64,000 nt of DNA from an uncultured delta proteobacterium (lineage in GTDB: Bacteria; Desulfobacterota; Binatia; UTPRO1): contig CAVWBS010000001.1 of the NCBI GenBank assembly GCA_963753325.1, positions 1,642,297 through 1,706,296 of the forward strand, read 5' to 3'. Below, one piece after another: positions 42,029 through 50,730 of this stretch. The translations under genes and the position numbers were made by a program. Within the stretch, counting starts at the first letter, position 1; each line of letters begins with the position of its first letter. The notes beneath the pieces were generated by a model. The model saw nothing but the letters and a program-made list of their open reading frames with translations, ran no database searches and had not been told where the DNA came from.

Positions 42029-43077
42029 GCCTGCGCGCCTCCCTGCGCCTGACGCTCGGCTCCCTCGACCTCTGGCTCGAGCTGCACGTCGATCCCGGCA
42101 GCACCGTCGCCGTGCTCGGCCCGAACGGCGCCGGCAAGACGACGCTGCTGCGCGCCCTCGCGGGCCTCGTGCCGTTGCAGAGCGGACGGGTCGTTCTCGA
42201 CGACCAGGTCCTCGACGACCCGGCGCGCGCCGTGCACGTTCCGCCCGAGGAGCGTCCGCTCGCGGTGGTGTTCCAGGACCACCTGCTCTTCCCGCACCTC
42301 ACCGCCATCGAGAACGTCGCCTTCGGACTGCGCTGCCGCGGCATGGCGCGGGCGGAGGCGGGCCGCCGGGCGCAGGAGTGGCTGGCGCGCGTCGGTCTCG
42401 GCGACCGCGGCGGTGCCCGGCCGGGGGCCCTCTCCGGCGGGCAGGCACAGCGCGTGGCGCTGGCGCGCGCCCTCGCCGTCGGGCCGCGACTGCTCCTGCT
42501 CGACGAGCCGCTTTCCGCGCTCGACTACGGAGCGCGCGCCGAGCTCCGCCACACCCTGCGCCGCACGCTCGACGCGTTCGCCGGCGTTCGCCTGCTGGTG
42601 ACGCACGATCCACTCGAAGCGATGGCCTTGGCCAGCCGCTTGATCGTGCTGGAGCAGGGCCGCGTCGTGCAGGCGGGCTCGCCCGCGGAGATCGCCGAGC
42701 GGCCGCGCTCCCGTTACGTCGCCGATCTGGTGGGCGTCAACCTGTTCCGTGGCCGGGCGGGCGGCGACCATGTGGTCCTCGACGGTGAGGCGACGCTGAG
42801 CGTCCCCGGGGCCGGGAGCGGCGACGTGTTCGCCGTCATCCATCCGCGCGCGGTCGCCCTGCACCGCCGCCCGCCCGAGGGGACGCCGCGCAATGTCTGG
42901 TACGCGCCGGTCGCGGCGCTCGACGTCGAGGGTCCACGCATCCGCATCCGCTGCAGCGGCGCGATCCCGATCGTCGCCGAGATCACGCGCGCGGCCATGG
43001 AGGAGCTGCACCTCGATCGCGGCGGCGACGTCTGGGTGAGCGTCAAGGCGACCGAGATCGCCGTCTACCCGGCTTGA
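42025..43077 (+). CDS. modC: molybdate ABC transporter ATP-binding protein ModC (with C-terminal TOBE domain)
   Basis: Walker A (GPNGAGKTT), signature (LSGGQAQR), Walker B, and a C-terminal TOBE/Mop-like domain. The GTG start overlaps the modB stop. Confidence 0.9.
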   Translation: MSLRASLRLTLGSLDLWLELHVDPGSTVAVLGPNGAGKTTLLRALAGLVPLQSGRVVLDDQVLDDPARAVHVPPEERPLAVVFQDHLLFPHLTAIENVAFGLRCRGMARAEAGRRAQEWLARVGLGDRGGARPGALSGGQAQRVALARALAVGPRLLLLDEPLSALDYGARAELRHTLRRTLDAFAGVRLLVTHDPLEAMALASRLIVLEQGRVVQAGSPAEIAERPRSRYVADLVGVNLFRGRAGGDHVVLDGEATLSVPGAGSGDVFAVIHPRAVALHRRPPEGTPRNVWYAPVAALDVEGPRIRIRCSGAIPIVAEITRAAMEELHLDRGGDVWVSVKATEIAVYPA

Positions 43078-43342
43078 GCGCCTCCGGGTCGAACACGATG
43101 CCGATCGGGTTCGCGGCGAACTCGCCACCGCGCATCCAGACGTCGATCGCCTCGGCCGATGGCAGGACCGCGCCGATCTTCCAGGCCGGATCGTGCGTCT
43201 CCTGCATGTCGAGGATCTTGATCGGGAGCGCGTCGGTGCCGAGAGCGGCGCGCACGCGCGCGAGACAGCGCGCCCCGGTGAAGTCCTCCACCCGTTCGCC
43301 GGCGTCGCGGAAGTACGGCGTTTGGGTCTCCGCGCGGCGCAC
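43043..43342 (-). CDS. hypothetical small protein (antisense overlap with modC 3' end)
   Basis: About 99 aa frame with very high GC3. It is 8 nt downstream of DUF2585 on the same strand and has a GTG start. No family was recognised. Confidence 0.3.
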   Translation of the reverse strand: MRRAETQTPYFRDAGERVEDFTGARCLARVRAALGTDALPIKILDMQETHDPAWKIGAVLPSAEAIDVWMRGGEFAANPIGIVFDPEALKPGRRRSRSP

Positions 43343-43350
43343 CGGCCGCC

Positions 43351-44004
43351 TCAGCCGCCGCCCTGCCAGGCACGCACGGCATCGAGCGACCAGACGAGCA
43401 TCAGCACGTTCAGGACGAGGTTGTCGCGAATCCAGAGAAGCAGCACCGTCTCCAGCGTGATCGTCAGGACGACGGTCCCCCAGACGGGCAACGCGGCGGC
43501 GAGCGCGAACCCGCAGATCGCGGCCACGATGTCGCCGAGGGAGTTCACCACGCTGTCGCCGTCGTAGCCCTGCGCGATCGTCGCCGCGCGATAGCGGCGG
43601 ATCACCGCGTCGGTGTTCTCCAGGACCTCCCACGTGCTCTCCGCCCCGATCGCCGCGAGCGCGCGGAGCATGAGGGACGAGCGTCCGGCGACGCCGCGCA
43701 ACAGCGCGTAGAGGAGGACGCCGTGCGTGACGTGTGTGAACGTGTACGGGTCGGTGAGCTGCTGCGAGTTCTCGTCACCGTGCACGTCGCCCGCGTACAG
43801 ACGCACCGGGCCGTGGCGATAGGTCGGCACCCGCCCCATGCCGAGGAGGAGCGTGGCCGCGAGGGTGACGAGCAGCAGCGCCGCGAGGCCGCTCGCGACG
43901 GCGTTCGCGCCGCCGTCCGGCACCGGCGCGGCGCGGCCACGCCATCCGATCACCGCGAGCGACGCGCCCGCCATCGTGGCTACGCCCATGGGTCCCGGTA
44001 TCAT
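43351..44004 (-). CDS. DUF2585/UPF0314-like membrane protein
   Basis: Multi-TM protein of about 217 aa. The start was chosen among three nearby ATGs. Confidence 0.6.
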   Translation of the reverse strand: MIPGPMGVATMAGASLAVIGWRGRAAPVPDGGANAVASGLAALLLVTLAATLLLGMGRVPTYRHGPVRLYAGDVHGDENSQQLTDPYTFTHVTHGVLLYALLRGVAGRSSLMLRALAAIGAESTWEVLENTDAVIRRYRAATIAQGYDGDSVVNSLGDIVAAICGFALAAALPVWGTVVLTITLETVLLLWIRDNLVLNVLMLVWSLDAVRAWQGGG

Positions 44005-44086
44005 GAAACCGCGGCGACGGTAGCGTGCGACCGGCTGGCGGACAAGCAGGAGTTGACCGCGGCCCGCGGTGGAGGAAAAGAGTCTG

Positions 44087-44401
44087 ATGGCCCATCGACC
44101 ACCGCACCTCGCGCTCGGCGCGCTGCTGGCGATCACCATCGGCACGGTGCTCGCGGTCGCGCGCCCGGCCCCGGCCGCCGACGCAGCGCCCGCCGTCGCG
44201 GCCCCGGCCGGGCAGCAGCCCGCGCCGGCGCTTGGAGGCGACGCGCGCCCGGACGAGGAGGATCCGAACGCCGACGCCCTCGAGCGCTGGCGGGAGGACG
44301 ACCGTGAGGACGGCGCGGCCGAGCGTCAGGAGCGTCGCGAGCGGGAACGGATCGAGAGACGGCTCGACGAGGAGTTCGACGGCGTGGAACCGAAGGATTG
44401 A
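44087..44401 (+). CDS. hypothetical secreted protein with acidic C-terminal tail
   Basis: Signal peptide MAHRPPHLALGALLAITIGTVLAVARPAPAADA, high GC3, and an E/D/R-rich tail. Confidence 0.45.
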   Translation: MAHRPPHLALGALLAITIGTVLAVARPAPAADAAPAVAAPAGQQPAPALGGDARPDEEDPNADALERWREDDREDGAAERQERRERERIERRLDEEFDGVEPKD

Positions 44402-44437
44402 GCGACCGGGCTTGCCGGCCCGTGATACGGAGGTACC

Positions 44438-45205
44438 ATGACCGAACCCGTGAGCCTGTCCGCCGCGCGCGCGCTGGGCGGCGTCCGCCTACTGATGCTG
44501 CGCGGTGTGCCGAGCCCGTGGGGGCAGGCGGCGAAGGGGCTGCTCGAGATCAAGGGCATTCCGTTCGTGCGCGCCCACCAGGAAGCGGACGATCCCGACA
44601 CCTTGCTGCGCGAGTGGACGGGCCAGGAGAGCTATCCGGTCCTGGCCTACGAGCAGGAGCGTCCGCGCAGCGGCTGGGCCGACGTCCTCTTCCTGACCGA
44701 GCGCCTCGCGCCGGCGCCGGCCCTCATCCCGGCCGAGCCGGCGGCACGAACCGCCTTCTTCGGGCTGGCCCACGAAATCTGCGGCGAGATGGGCCTCGGC
44801 TGGTGCGGGCGATTGCTGACGATCGACACGCAGCTCCGGGCCGCGCCGAACGACCCGTTCTTCACCGCCTTCGGCGCCAAGTACGGCTATTCGGGGGGCG
44901 CGGCCAGCGTCGCCCCGCGGCGCTGCGCCGAGGTGCTCGGCCAGCTCGACGCCTGCCTCGCCCGCAGCCATGCCGGCGGGGGCGAATATCTCCTCGGGCG
45001 CACGCTCACTGCCCTCGACGTCTACTGGGCGGCGTTCTCGAACGTGATCAGCCCCCTGCCGCCCGAGCGCTGCCCCATGCCGGATTTCTTCCGCGCGATG
45101 CTCACCGCCAAGGACCCGCAGGTGCGGGCCGCCATCACGCCCCGGCTGCTGGCGCATCGCGACCTCGTCTGGGAGCGCCACCTCCGCCTGCCGATGGAGC
45201 TATGA
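44438..45205 (+). CDS. glutathione S-transferase-like protein
   Basis: Thioredoxin-like N-terminal domain plus GST_C-like helical domain. Confidence 0.65.
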   Translation: MTEPVSLSAARALGGVRLLMLRGVPSPWGQAAKGLLEIKGIPFVRAHQEADDPDTLLREWTGQESYPVLAYEQERPRSGWADVLFLTERLAPAPALIPAEPAARTAFFGLAHEICGEMGLGWCGRLLTIDTQLRAAPNDPFFTAFGAKYGYSGGAASVAPRRCAEVLGQLDACLARSHAGGGEYLLGRTLTALDVYWAAFSNVISPLPPERCPMPDFFRAMLTAKDPQVRAAITPRLLAHRDLVWERHLRLPMEL

Positions 45206-45209
45206 CCTC

Positions 45210-46019
45210 ATGAGCGCCCGCTTCGAGCAACCCGCCGACCATCCCCACGTCGCGGTGGTCACCATCGATCGCCCGGCCCAGGCGAACGCCCTCGACCCAC
45301 CGACCCTGCGGCAGCTCGCCGACCATTGGCGCCGCATCGCCGCCGACCCGGACATTCGCTGCGCGGTCCTCACCGGCGCGGGCGAGCGCGTCTTCTGCGC
45401 CGGCATGGACATGAAGACGACCATCCCCCTGTCGCAGCGGTTCGCGCGTGGCGAGCGCGTCGACGACGAGACGTTCGCCGCCCTGCGCAGCGTAGCCACC
45501 GCCCTGCTCGCCGGATTCGACCTGCAGACACCGCTCGTGTGCGCGGTGAACGGCCATGCGCGCGCCGGCGGCTTCGACCTGATGCTCGCCTCCGAAATCC
45601 GCTACGCGGTGCCGCACGCCACCTTCGCGCTCGAGGAGGTGGCGCTCGGCCTCTATCCCACCGGCAACGCGACGGTCCTCCTGCCGCGGCAGATCCCGTG
45701 GGTGCACGCCCACGAGCTGCTGCTCACGGCACGGCCGATCGACGCCGCCCGCGCGCTCGCGATCGGTCTCGTGAACGGGGTGGTGGCCCCCGATCAGCTC
45801 ATGGCGACGGCGCTTGCGACCGCGGATGCGATCGCCGCCAACGCGCCGCTCGCCGTCCGCGAGACGCGGCGGGGCGTGCGCGAGATCCTGCACCTCGGCC
45901 TCGCGGACGGGTACCGGCGTCAGGAGGAGATCGGCGCGCCGCTCCGTCGCAGCGCGGATGCACGCGAGGCGCAGCGCGCATTCGTGGAGAAACGCCCCCC
46001 GGGGTGGACGGGGCGCTGA
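45210..46019 (+). CDS. enoyl-CoA hydratase/isomerase family protein
   Basis: Crotonase-fold motifs (VFCAGMDM, ARAGGFDLMLASEIRYA). Confidence 0.8.
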   Translation: MSARFEQPADHPHVAVVTIDRPAQANALDPPTLRQLADHWRRIAADPDIRCAVLTGAGERVFCAGMDMKTTIPLSQRFARGERVDDETFAALRSVATALLAGFDLQTPLVCAVNGHARAGGFDLMLASEIRYAVPHATFALEEVALGLYPTGNATVLLPRQIPWVHAHELLLTARPIDAARALAIGLVNGVVAPDQLMATALATADAIAANAPLAVRETRRGVREILHLGLADGYRRQEEIGAPLRRSADAREAQRAFVEKRPPGWTGR

Positions 46020-46030
46020 CCGGCGGCGCG

Positions 46031-48616
46031 TCAGGGGACGGCGGTGCCGTCGAAGTACTTCGCCGCGAGCGTCCAGGCCCCGATGCCAACCTGCGCGCCC
46101 ACGATCCGCCCCGCGAAGTCGTCGACGCGGGGATGGATGCCGCCGTAGAGGCGTGACAGCCCAGCCTGATCGGCGGCGTCGTAGTACGACGCCCATTGCA
46201 GGCGCACGTCGGTCGTCGGCCCGCGCTCGAACCTGAGGAACGCGTTCGCCGGCGCGACGAACTCCGCGAAGCCGCCGGGAAAGAACGGGCTGCCGGTGAG
46301 GTGCGCCAGCACCTCGGCAGCGGCGCGACTGAACGTGCTGTGTCCGGAGAAGTACGACGCGAACGCCGGCGTCACGAAGGTGTCGCGCTGATACGGCAGC
46401 CAGTTCTTCGCCCGGATCCACGCGGCACCGCTGGCCTGCGTCGTGGGATCGGCGGGCGGCCCGGGCCACACGTGCAACGCGACCTCACCGACGAAGGCGG
46501 CGAGCGCGGCGTGACGCTCTCCGGGAGCGCTGCTCGCCGGCGTGATCACCTCGATCAGGCCCGGCACGAGCGGCAGGCCGTTCGCGGCGTACGACGGGCC
46601 CATCGGGTCCGTCGACTGACCGAGGCCGCCCATGTAGCGGATCTGCGAGATCGGCCGCGCCGAATCGTAGTGGCGCTTTGCGCCCCAGCAGGCGATCGCG
46701 GCGTCGTGCGTCGCGCCGTTGACGGCCAGGTAGGTCTTCACGTCCCACTCGAGATCGTTCACGACGGGTCCCGTGCCGCCGATCCGCTTCACGGTCGCCG
46801 GATCGTCCGCGACGGCGTTGGCGATCAGGTTCCAGTGGCCGGGCGGCGTCTCCGACGACGGTCCGTCGGCCCAGAACTCGGCGATCACCCGACCGAAGTC
46901 GGCCCGCTTCACGAGCTGCGGCGCGTACGGCATCCCCGTCACGGGATTCATCGGATAGCCGGTACCGTCGTTGGTCCCGAGCGGGTCGTTGCCGAAGCCC
47001 GCGGGCGAGACGTCGAGCATCGCGGGATTGGCGGGATCGAGCGCCTGCGACATCTCGATCAGCTGCGTCGGGCCGTCGCGGAACTCGGCGTCCTCGAGCT
47101 GCGGCGGCGCGCCCGGGTCGAGGTAGAGATCTCCGGGCGCGTTGCGGCTGAGGGCGAACGGCTTCACCTCGTTCCACTGCGAACCGACGAACACCTGCAC
47201 CTTGCCCGGGATCGGAATGTCGTTCTGGCTGACCTGGAAGTCGAGCGCGAGCGGCTGCCAGCGGTCGGGATCGTTCATCACCGTCCCGGGCAGCGACGGG
47301 TCGTCTCCTGGGAGCTTGACGATCAACGGATCGTTCACCGGCGCGTACGTCGGGTCGGCGTAGTTCCCCGCTTCGTTGGCGCCATCGCTGCCCGCGTAGT
47401 CGATCACTGCGGCCGCGACACGGTTGCCGACGGCCGCCGCAGCATCGCCGACGGTCGCCGTGAAGGTCTTGTCGAGACCGAGGGCGAGCATGCGCGCGTC
47501 GAGGCGCGCCTGCGTCACCGGCGCGTTCACGGAGAGCGCGTACAGATGCGACAGCACCCGGTAGGCCGCAAAGCTGATCGCGGTCGCCCGATCGCGCTCG
47601 GGATCGCTCGTCGCCGGCGACTCCGGATGGAGAAAGGCATCGGCCGTGCCGCCCGTGTCATAGGCCGCCCAGGCGTCCCACATCGCCGCCGCGAGGTAGA
47701 AGAGGTTGCGCGCGTGCACCGGGGGGCGCGGCAGATCGATGCGGATCGCCGCCAGGCCCTCCTCGTCCCACTGGCGCGCCACCGATTGGGTCACGGGGAC
47801 CGGCAGCGTGCAGCGCTCCGTCGCGACGCCGTCCAGGTATCTGTCGCAGCCATGGCTCACGTGATCACTGCCGTCGAGCGCGGCGCACACGCCGCAATCG
47901 ACCCTTTGCGCGACGCACGCGACCAGCGCGGCGAGCGGCGCCCCGGCGCACTCGCCGGGCGCGGCGCCGCCGGGCGGCGTCGACGCGCACCGCCGGCTCG
48001 CGGCGCGCTCCGCCTTGGCGAGCGCGCCGGCGATGTGGCCGTGCGGATCGACCTCGAAGCAGGCTTCCAGCGCCGCCGCGGAGGCGATGGCGCCGCTGCG
48101 CAGGCCGCCGGCGACGCAGCGATCGAAGGTCGCGAGCTTGGCGGCGGCGACGCCCGCCATGCCGCGCGCGATCGCCATCTGGCACGCCGCACCCGCCTTG
48201 TCGGTCCTGGCGGAGAGCACCGCCGCGTCGAGATCATCGCCGAAGACGCGATGGACGCGCAGGACGTCGGTGAACACGGCCGTGACGTCGGCGGCCGTGG
48301 TCGGCCCGAAGCTCGGCGGCATGCGGCACAGCTTGCTCTCGACCTTCGCCGCGTTGGCCTCGGCCTTGGCCAGCCGGCCGTGCGGATCCGCAGCCAGGCA
48401 CTGCTCGATCGTCTGCCCCGCGAGCTTCCCCTTCTGCGCGAAGCCGACGCACGCGACGAAGTTCCGCGCGATGGTGGCGGCGACCGCCGCCCCCGCATGA
48501 CCCAGGCCGTCGATGCACCGCCGCTGCGCCGCGCTCTGCACCTGCGCCCGCGCCGCCGGCGCGGCGAGCGTGAACGCCACGACGGCGAATGTGGTCCGGA
48601 AGAGGCGATGCGTCAC
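46031..48616 (-). CDS. secreted vanadium-haloperoxidase/PAP2-like protein with N-terminal Cys-rich domain
   Basis: Signal peptide, then an about 260-aa Cys-rich helical domain resembling the partial gene at 1..879. The C-terminal acid-phosphatase/V-haloperoxidase signature is SGHSTFSRAAAEVLAHLTG...GGIHPRVDDFAGRIVG. It has a GTG start. Confidence 0.75.
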   Translation of the reverse strand: MTHRLFRTTFAVVAFTLAAPAARAQVQSAAQRRCIDGLGHAGAAVAATIARNFVACVGFAQKGKLAGQTIEQCLAADPHGRLAKAEANAAKVESKLCRMPPSFGPTTAADVTAVFTDVLRVHRVFGDDLDAAVLSARTDKAGAACQMAIARGMAGVAAAKLATFDRCVAGGLRSGAIASAAALEACFEVDPHGHIAGALAKAERAASRRCASTPPGGAAPGECAGAPLAALVACVAQRVDCGVCAALDGSDHVSHGCDRYLDGVATERCTLPVPVTQSVARQWDEEGLAAIRIDLPRPPVHARNLFYLAAAMWDAWAAYDTGGTADAFLHPESPATSDPERDRATAISFAAYRVLSHLYALSVNAPVTQARLDARMLALGLDKTFTATVGDAAAAVGNRVAAAVIDYAGSDGANEAGNYADPTYAPVNDPLIVKLPGDDPSLPGTVMNDPDRWQPLALDFQVSQNDIPIPGKVQVFVGSQWNEVKPFALSRNAPGDLYLDPGAPPQLEDAEFRDGPTQLIEMSQALDPANPAMLDVSPAGFGNDPLGTNDGTGYPMNPVTGMPYAPQLVKRADFGRVIAEFWADGPSSETPPGHWNLIANAVADDPATVKRIGGTGPVVNDLEWDVKTYLAVNGATHDAAIACWGAKRHYDSARPISQIRYMGGLGQSTDPMGPSYAANGLPLVPGLIEVITPASSAPGERHAALAAFVGEVALHVWPGPPADPTTQASGAAWIRAKNWLPYQRDTFVTPAFASYFSGHSTFSRAAAEVLAHLTGSPFFPGGFAEFVAPANAFLRFERGPTTDVRLQWASYYDAADQAGLSRLYGGIHPRVDDFAGRIVGAQVGIGAWTLAAKYFDGTAVP

Positions 48617-48684
48617 GGGGAGTCCGGGAGGGGGAGCGGCAACCCTAACAGGCCGCGCGTACCGTCAACAAGGAGAATCGCCGC

Positions 48685-48879
48685 CTATTGCTCGAAGCAG
48701 TAGAGACGCAGGGACAGGTTGCAGGACGGGACGCTGGCAGTCGTCCAAAAGCCGACGAGGTCGCTCCAGTCGTGGGCGATGATCGTGCCGTCGACGAGAC
48801 CGTAGGGCCCCGCCGACTGCGTGAAGCGCGTCGACGGCCCGTCGTCGCTGGTCGGATCGCTCCGGACGCACGGCGTCAC
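48685..48879 (-). CDS. hypothetical small Cys-containing ORF (64 aa) between the methyltransferase and the haloperoxidase-like gene
   Basis: GTG start and very high GC3 (about 90%). It has 4 Cys and no recognisable family. Confidence 0.3.
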   Translation of the reverse strand: MTPCVRSDPTSDDGPSTRFTQSAGPYGLVDGTIIAHDWSDLVGFWTTASVPSCNLSLRLYCFEQ

Positions 48880-48999
48880 GGTACCCGTGCCGGCGCCACG
48901 CGTTCACCGCCGATGCACGACCAGCGCCGTTGCCTCGTCCGCGCCGCCTCCCTCGACGCGCACCCTAACGGGCCGGATCCGGAGGAGGACGAGCAGGCT

Positions 49000-49779
49000 T
49001 CAGGCGCGCACGGCGTCCGTGCGGATGCCGACGAACGTGCCGCGGTCCTCCTGCTGGTAGTAGCCGACGTTCATCGAGTCCACGATCGTCGGCGCCAGCG
49101 TGTCGAACTGCTCGCACACCATGTCGAATCCGCCCTCGTTCAACGCCTGCAGGAGCCACTGCCTGGTGAGCCAGAAGGAGCGCGTGTTGTCCCACGACGA
49201 CCAGCGGCTCGCCTCCTTCAGGGCCGCATCGGGCACGCTCGCGAACTCGCCGTACCATCGCCCCGCCGCGTGATCATGCTCGGTCATGCCGGAGAGGCCG
49301 AACTTGTTGGTCGGCTTGTCGGTGGCGAAGTGCGTCTGGAGGATGACCACACGGCTGGCCAGACGCGCGAGCATGTGGATGAAGGTCCGCGGGCGATCGA
49401 GGTGGTAGAGCAGTCCGCAGCAGAAGATCGCGTCGAACGGCCCGTACCGCTCGGCATTCCACGCGTCATCCTGCACGAACGAGAGATTCGGCAGGTTCAC
49501 CCTGGACTGCACGTAGCGGCACGCGGCAATGCTGCTCGCGCGCACCTCGAGGCCGACGGCGCGGAAGCCGAGCCGGGCGAACTCGACGCTGTAGCCGCCT
49601 TCCAGGCAGCCGAGGTCGAGGATCGAGTAGCGGCTCTTGTCGCCGGGAAACGCCAGGGCCAGGACGCGCTTCGCCGAGAGGAAGCGCGGCGCCGTCGACA
49701 TGTCGGCCGTGAGCTCCGGCTTGGTGAGCGTGCCGTCATCCAACCGGATGTTGTGCGCCGTGAACTCGATCGGACTCAT
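49000..49779 (-). CDS. class I SAM-dependent methyltransferase
   Basis: Motif I is ILDLGCLEGGYSVEFARLG. Confidence 0.8.
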   Translation of the reverse strand: MSPIEFTAHNIRLDDGTLTKPELTADMSTAPRFLSAKRVLALAFPGDKSRYSILDLGCLEGGYSVEFARLGFRAVGLEVRASSIAACRYVQSRVNLPNLSFVQDDAWNAERYGPFDAIFCCGLLYHLDRPRTFIHMLARLASRVVILQTHFATDKPTNKFGLSGMTEHDHAAGRWYGEFASVPDAALKEASRWSSWDNTRSFWLTRQWLLQALNEGGFDMVCEQFDTLAPTIVDSMNVGYYQQEDRGTFVGIRTDAVRA

Positions 49780-50220
49780 GCTCGCCCCCTCCCCACCGGC
49801 CTCCGAGAGCTATGCGTCCCGGTGGCTCGCTGTCAACGACAATCGGCCGACGCCGCAGCTCGGGACGGCGCGCCGAACCGACGCCGGATGCCGAAGCTGC
49901 CGAAACGGTGGATGGGGCCTGCCACCACTCCACCACCCTCGACTGGGAGGCCTTCATGCGGCTCGAGCAGGTCGAGGAACCTCGCGCTGCCATGCTGGAG
50001 GATGGCCCGTGCACGATCGCGCCTGCCCCCGGTCGCCGGGCAAATCTTTCAGACGCATTTTGTAGAATCGCTCCGTCTTCGAGCGCGCACACACCGTCGC
50101 GGCTCGTGACCCCGGGGTTCGGTCGGCGGCATGGATCCTGCGCTGCGTGTCGGGAAGAGCTCGAGACGGGAGGCGCAAGAGGACGCGTGGGCGTGAATGT
50201 CTCGAAGAAAAGGAGTGTCC

Positions 50221-50613
50221 ATGCAGAAGATTCCCAGGAGGACCTCGATCGCGGCGCTCGGGGTAGCGGCCTCGTTGCTGCTGCTCGCCCCGGCCCGGGC
50301 CGACACGGTGCGCACCCAGACCACGACGACGACGTATCAGGGGGTCGTCACGGACATCGATCCGGCCGCGTCGACGATCGTCCTCAAGACCCAGGAACGG
50401 CCGGAGCCGATGCGCTACACCATCAACGAGAAGACGACGTACGTCGACTCCGCCGGCAACGTCACGACGCGGGAGAAGATCCGCAACGCGCCGGTCACCA
50501 TCTACACGACCGACGAAGGCGGGCAGCGGGTGGTGACGAAGGTGGTCGAGCGGAACCCGGCGGGAATCGTCGAGAAGAAGACGACCACCGAGCGCGTCGA
50601 GACCCCCGACTGA
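50221..50613 (+). CDS. hypothetical secreted Thr-rich protein
   Basis: AAAAGGAG RBS and signal peptide MQKIPRRTSIAALGVAASLLLLAPARA. It is preceded by a 440-bp non-coding leader. Confidence 0.6.
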   Translation: MQKIPRRTSIAALGVAASLLLLAPARADTVRTQTTTTTYQGVVTDIDPAASTIVLKTQERPEPMRYTINEKTTYVDSAGNVTTREKIRNAPVTIYTTDEGGQRVVTKVVERNPAGIVEKKTTTERVETPD

Positions 50614-50685
50614 ACGCGACGCCGTTGAGCGCGATCCGCCGCGCGGGACCGTCCATACGCTGCGGAGCGGCGCTCCAGACGAAGC

Positions 50686-50710
50686 CGAGCCGGCGTCATG
50701 CCGGCCGGCT
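50686..50710. terminator. GC hairpin between convergent genes (putative terminator)
   Basis: The motif gagccggc-N9-gccggctc forms an 8-bp stem. Confidence 0.3.
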
Positions 50711-50730
50711 CCGTCATCGAATGCAGTCGG

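Noticed and set aside
49954-50178. Minus-strand ORF 49954..50178 (74 aa) inside the 440-bp non-coding region
   Set aside because: It overlaps the AT-rich promoter-like island and has low GC3 there, with no RBS. The region is more likely regulatory or leader RNA.
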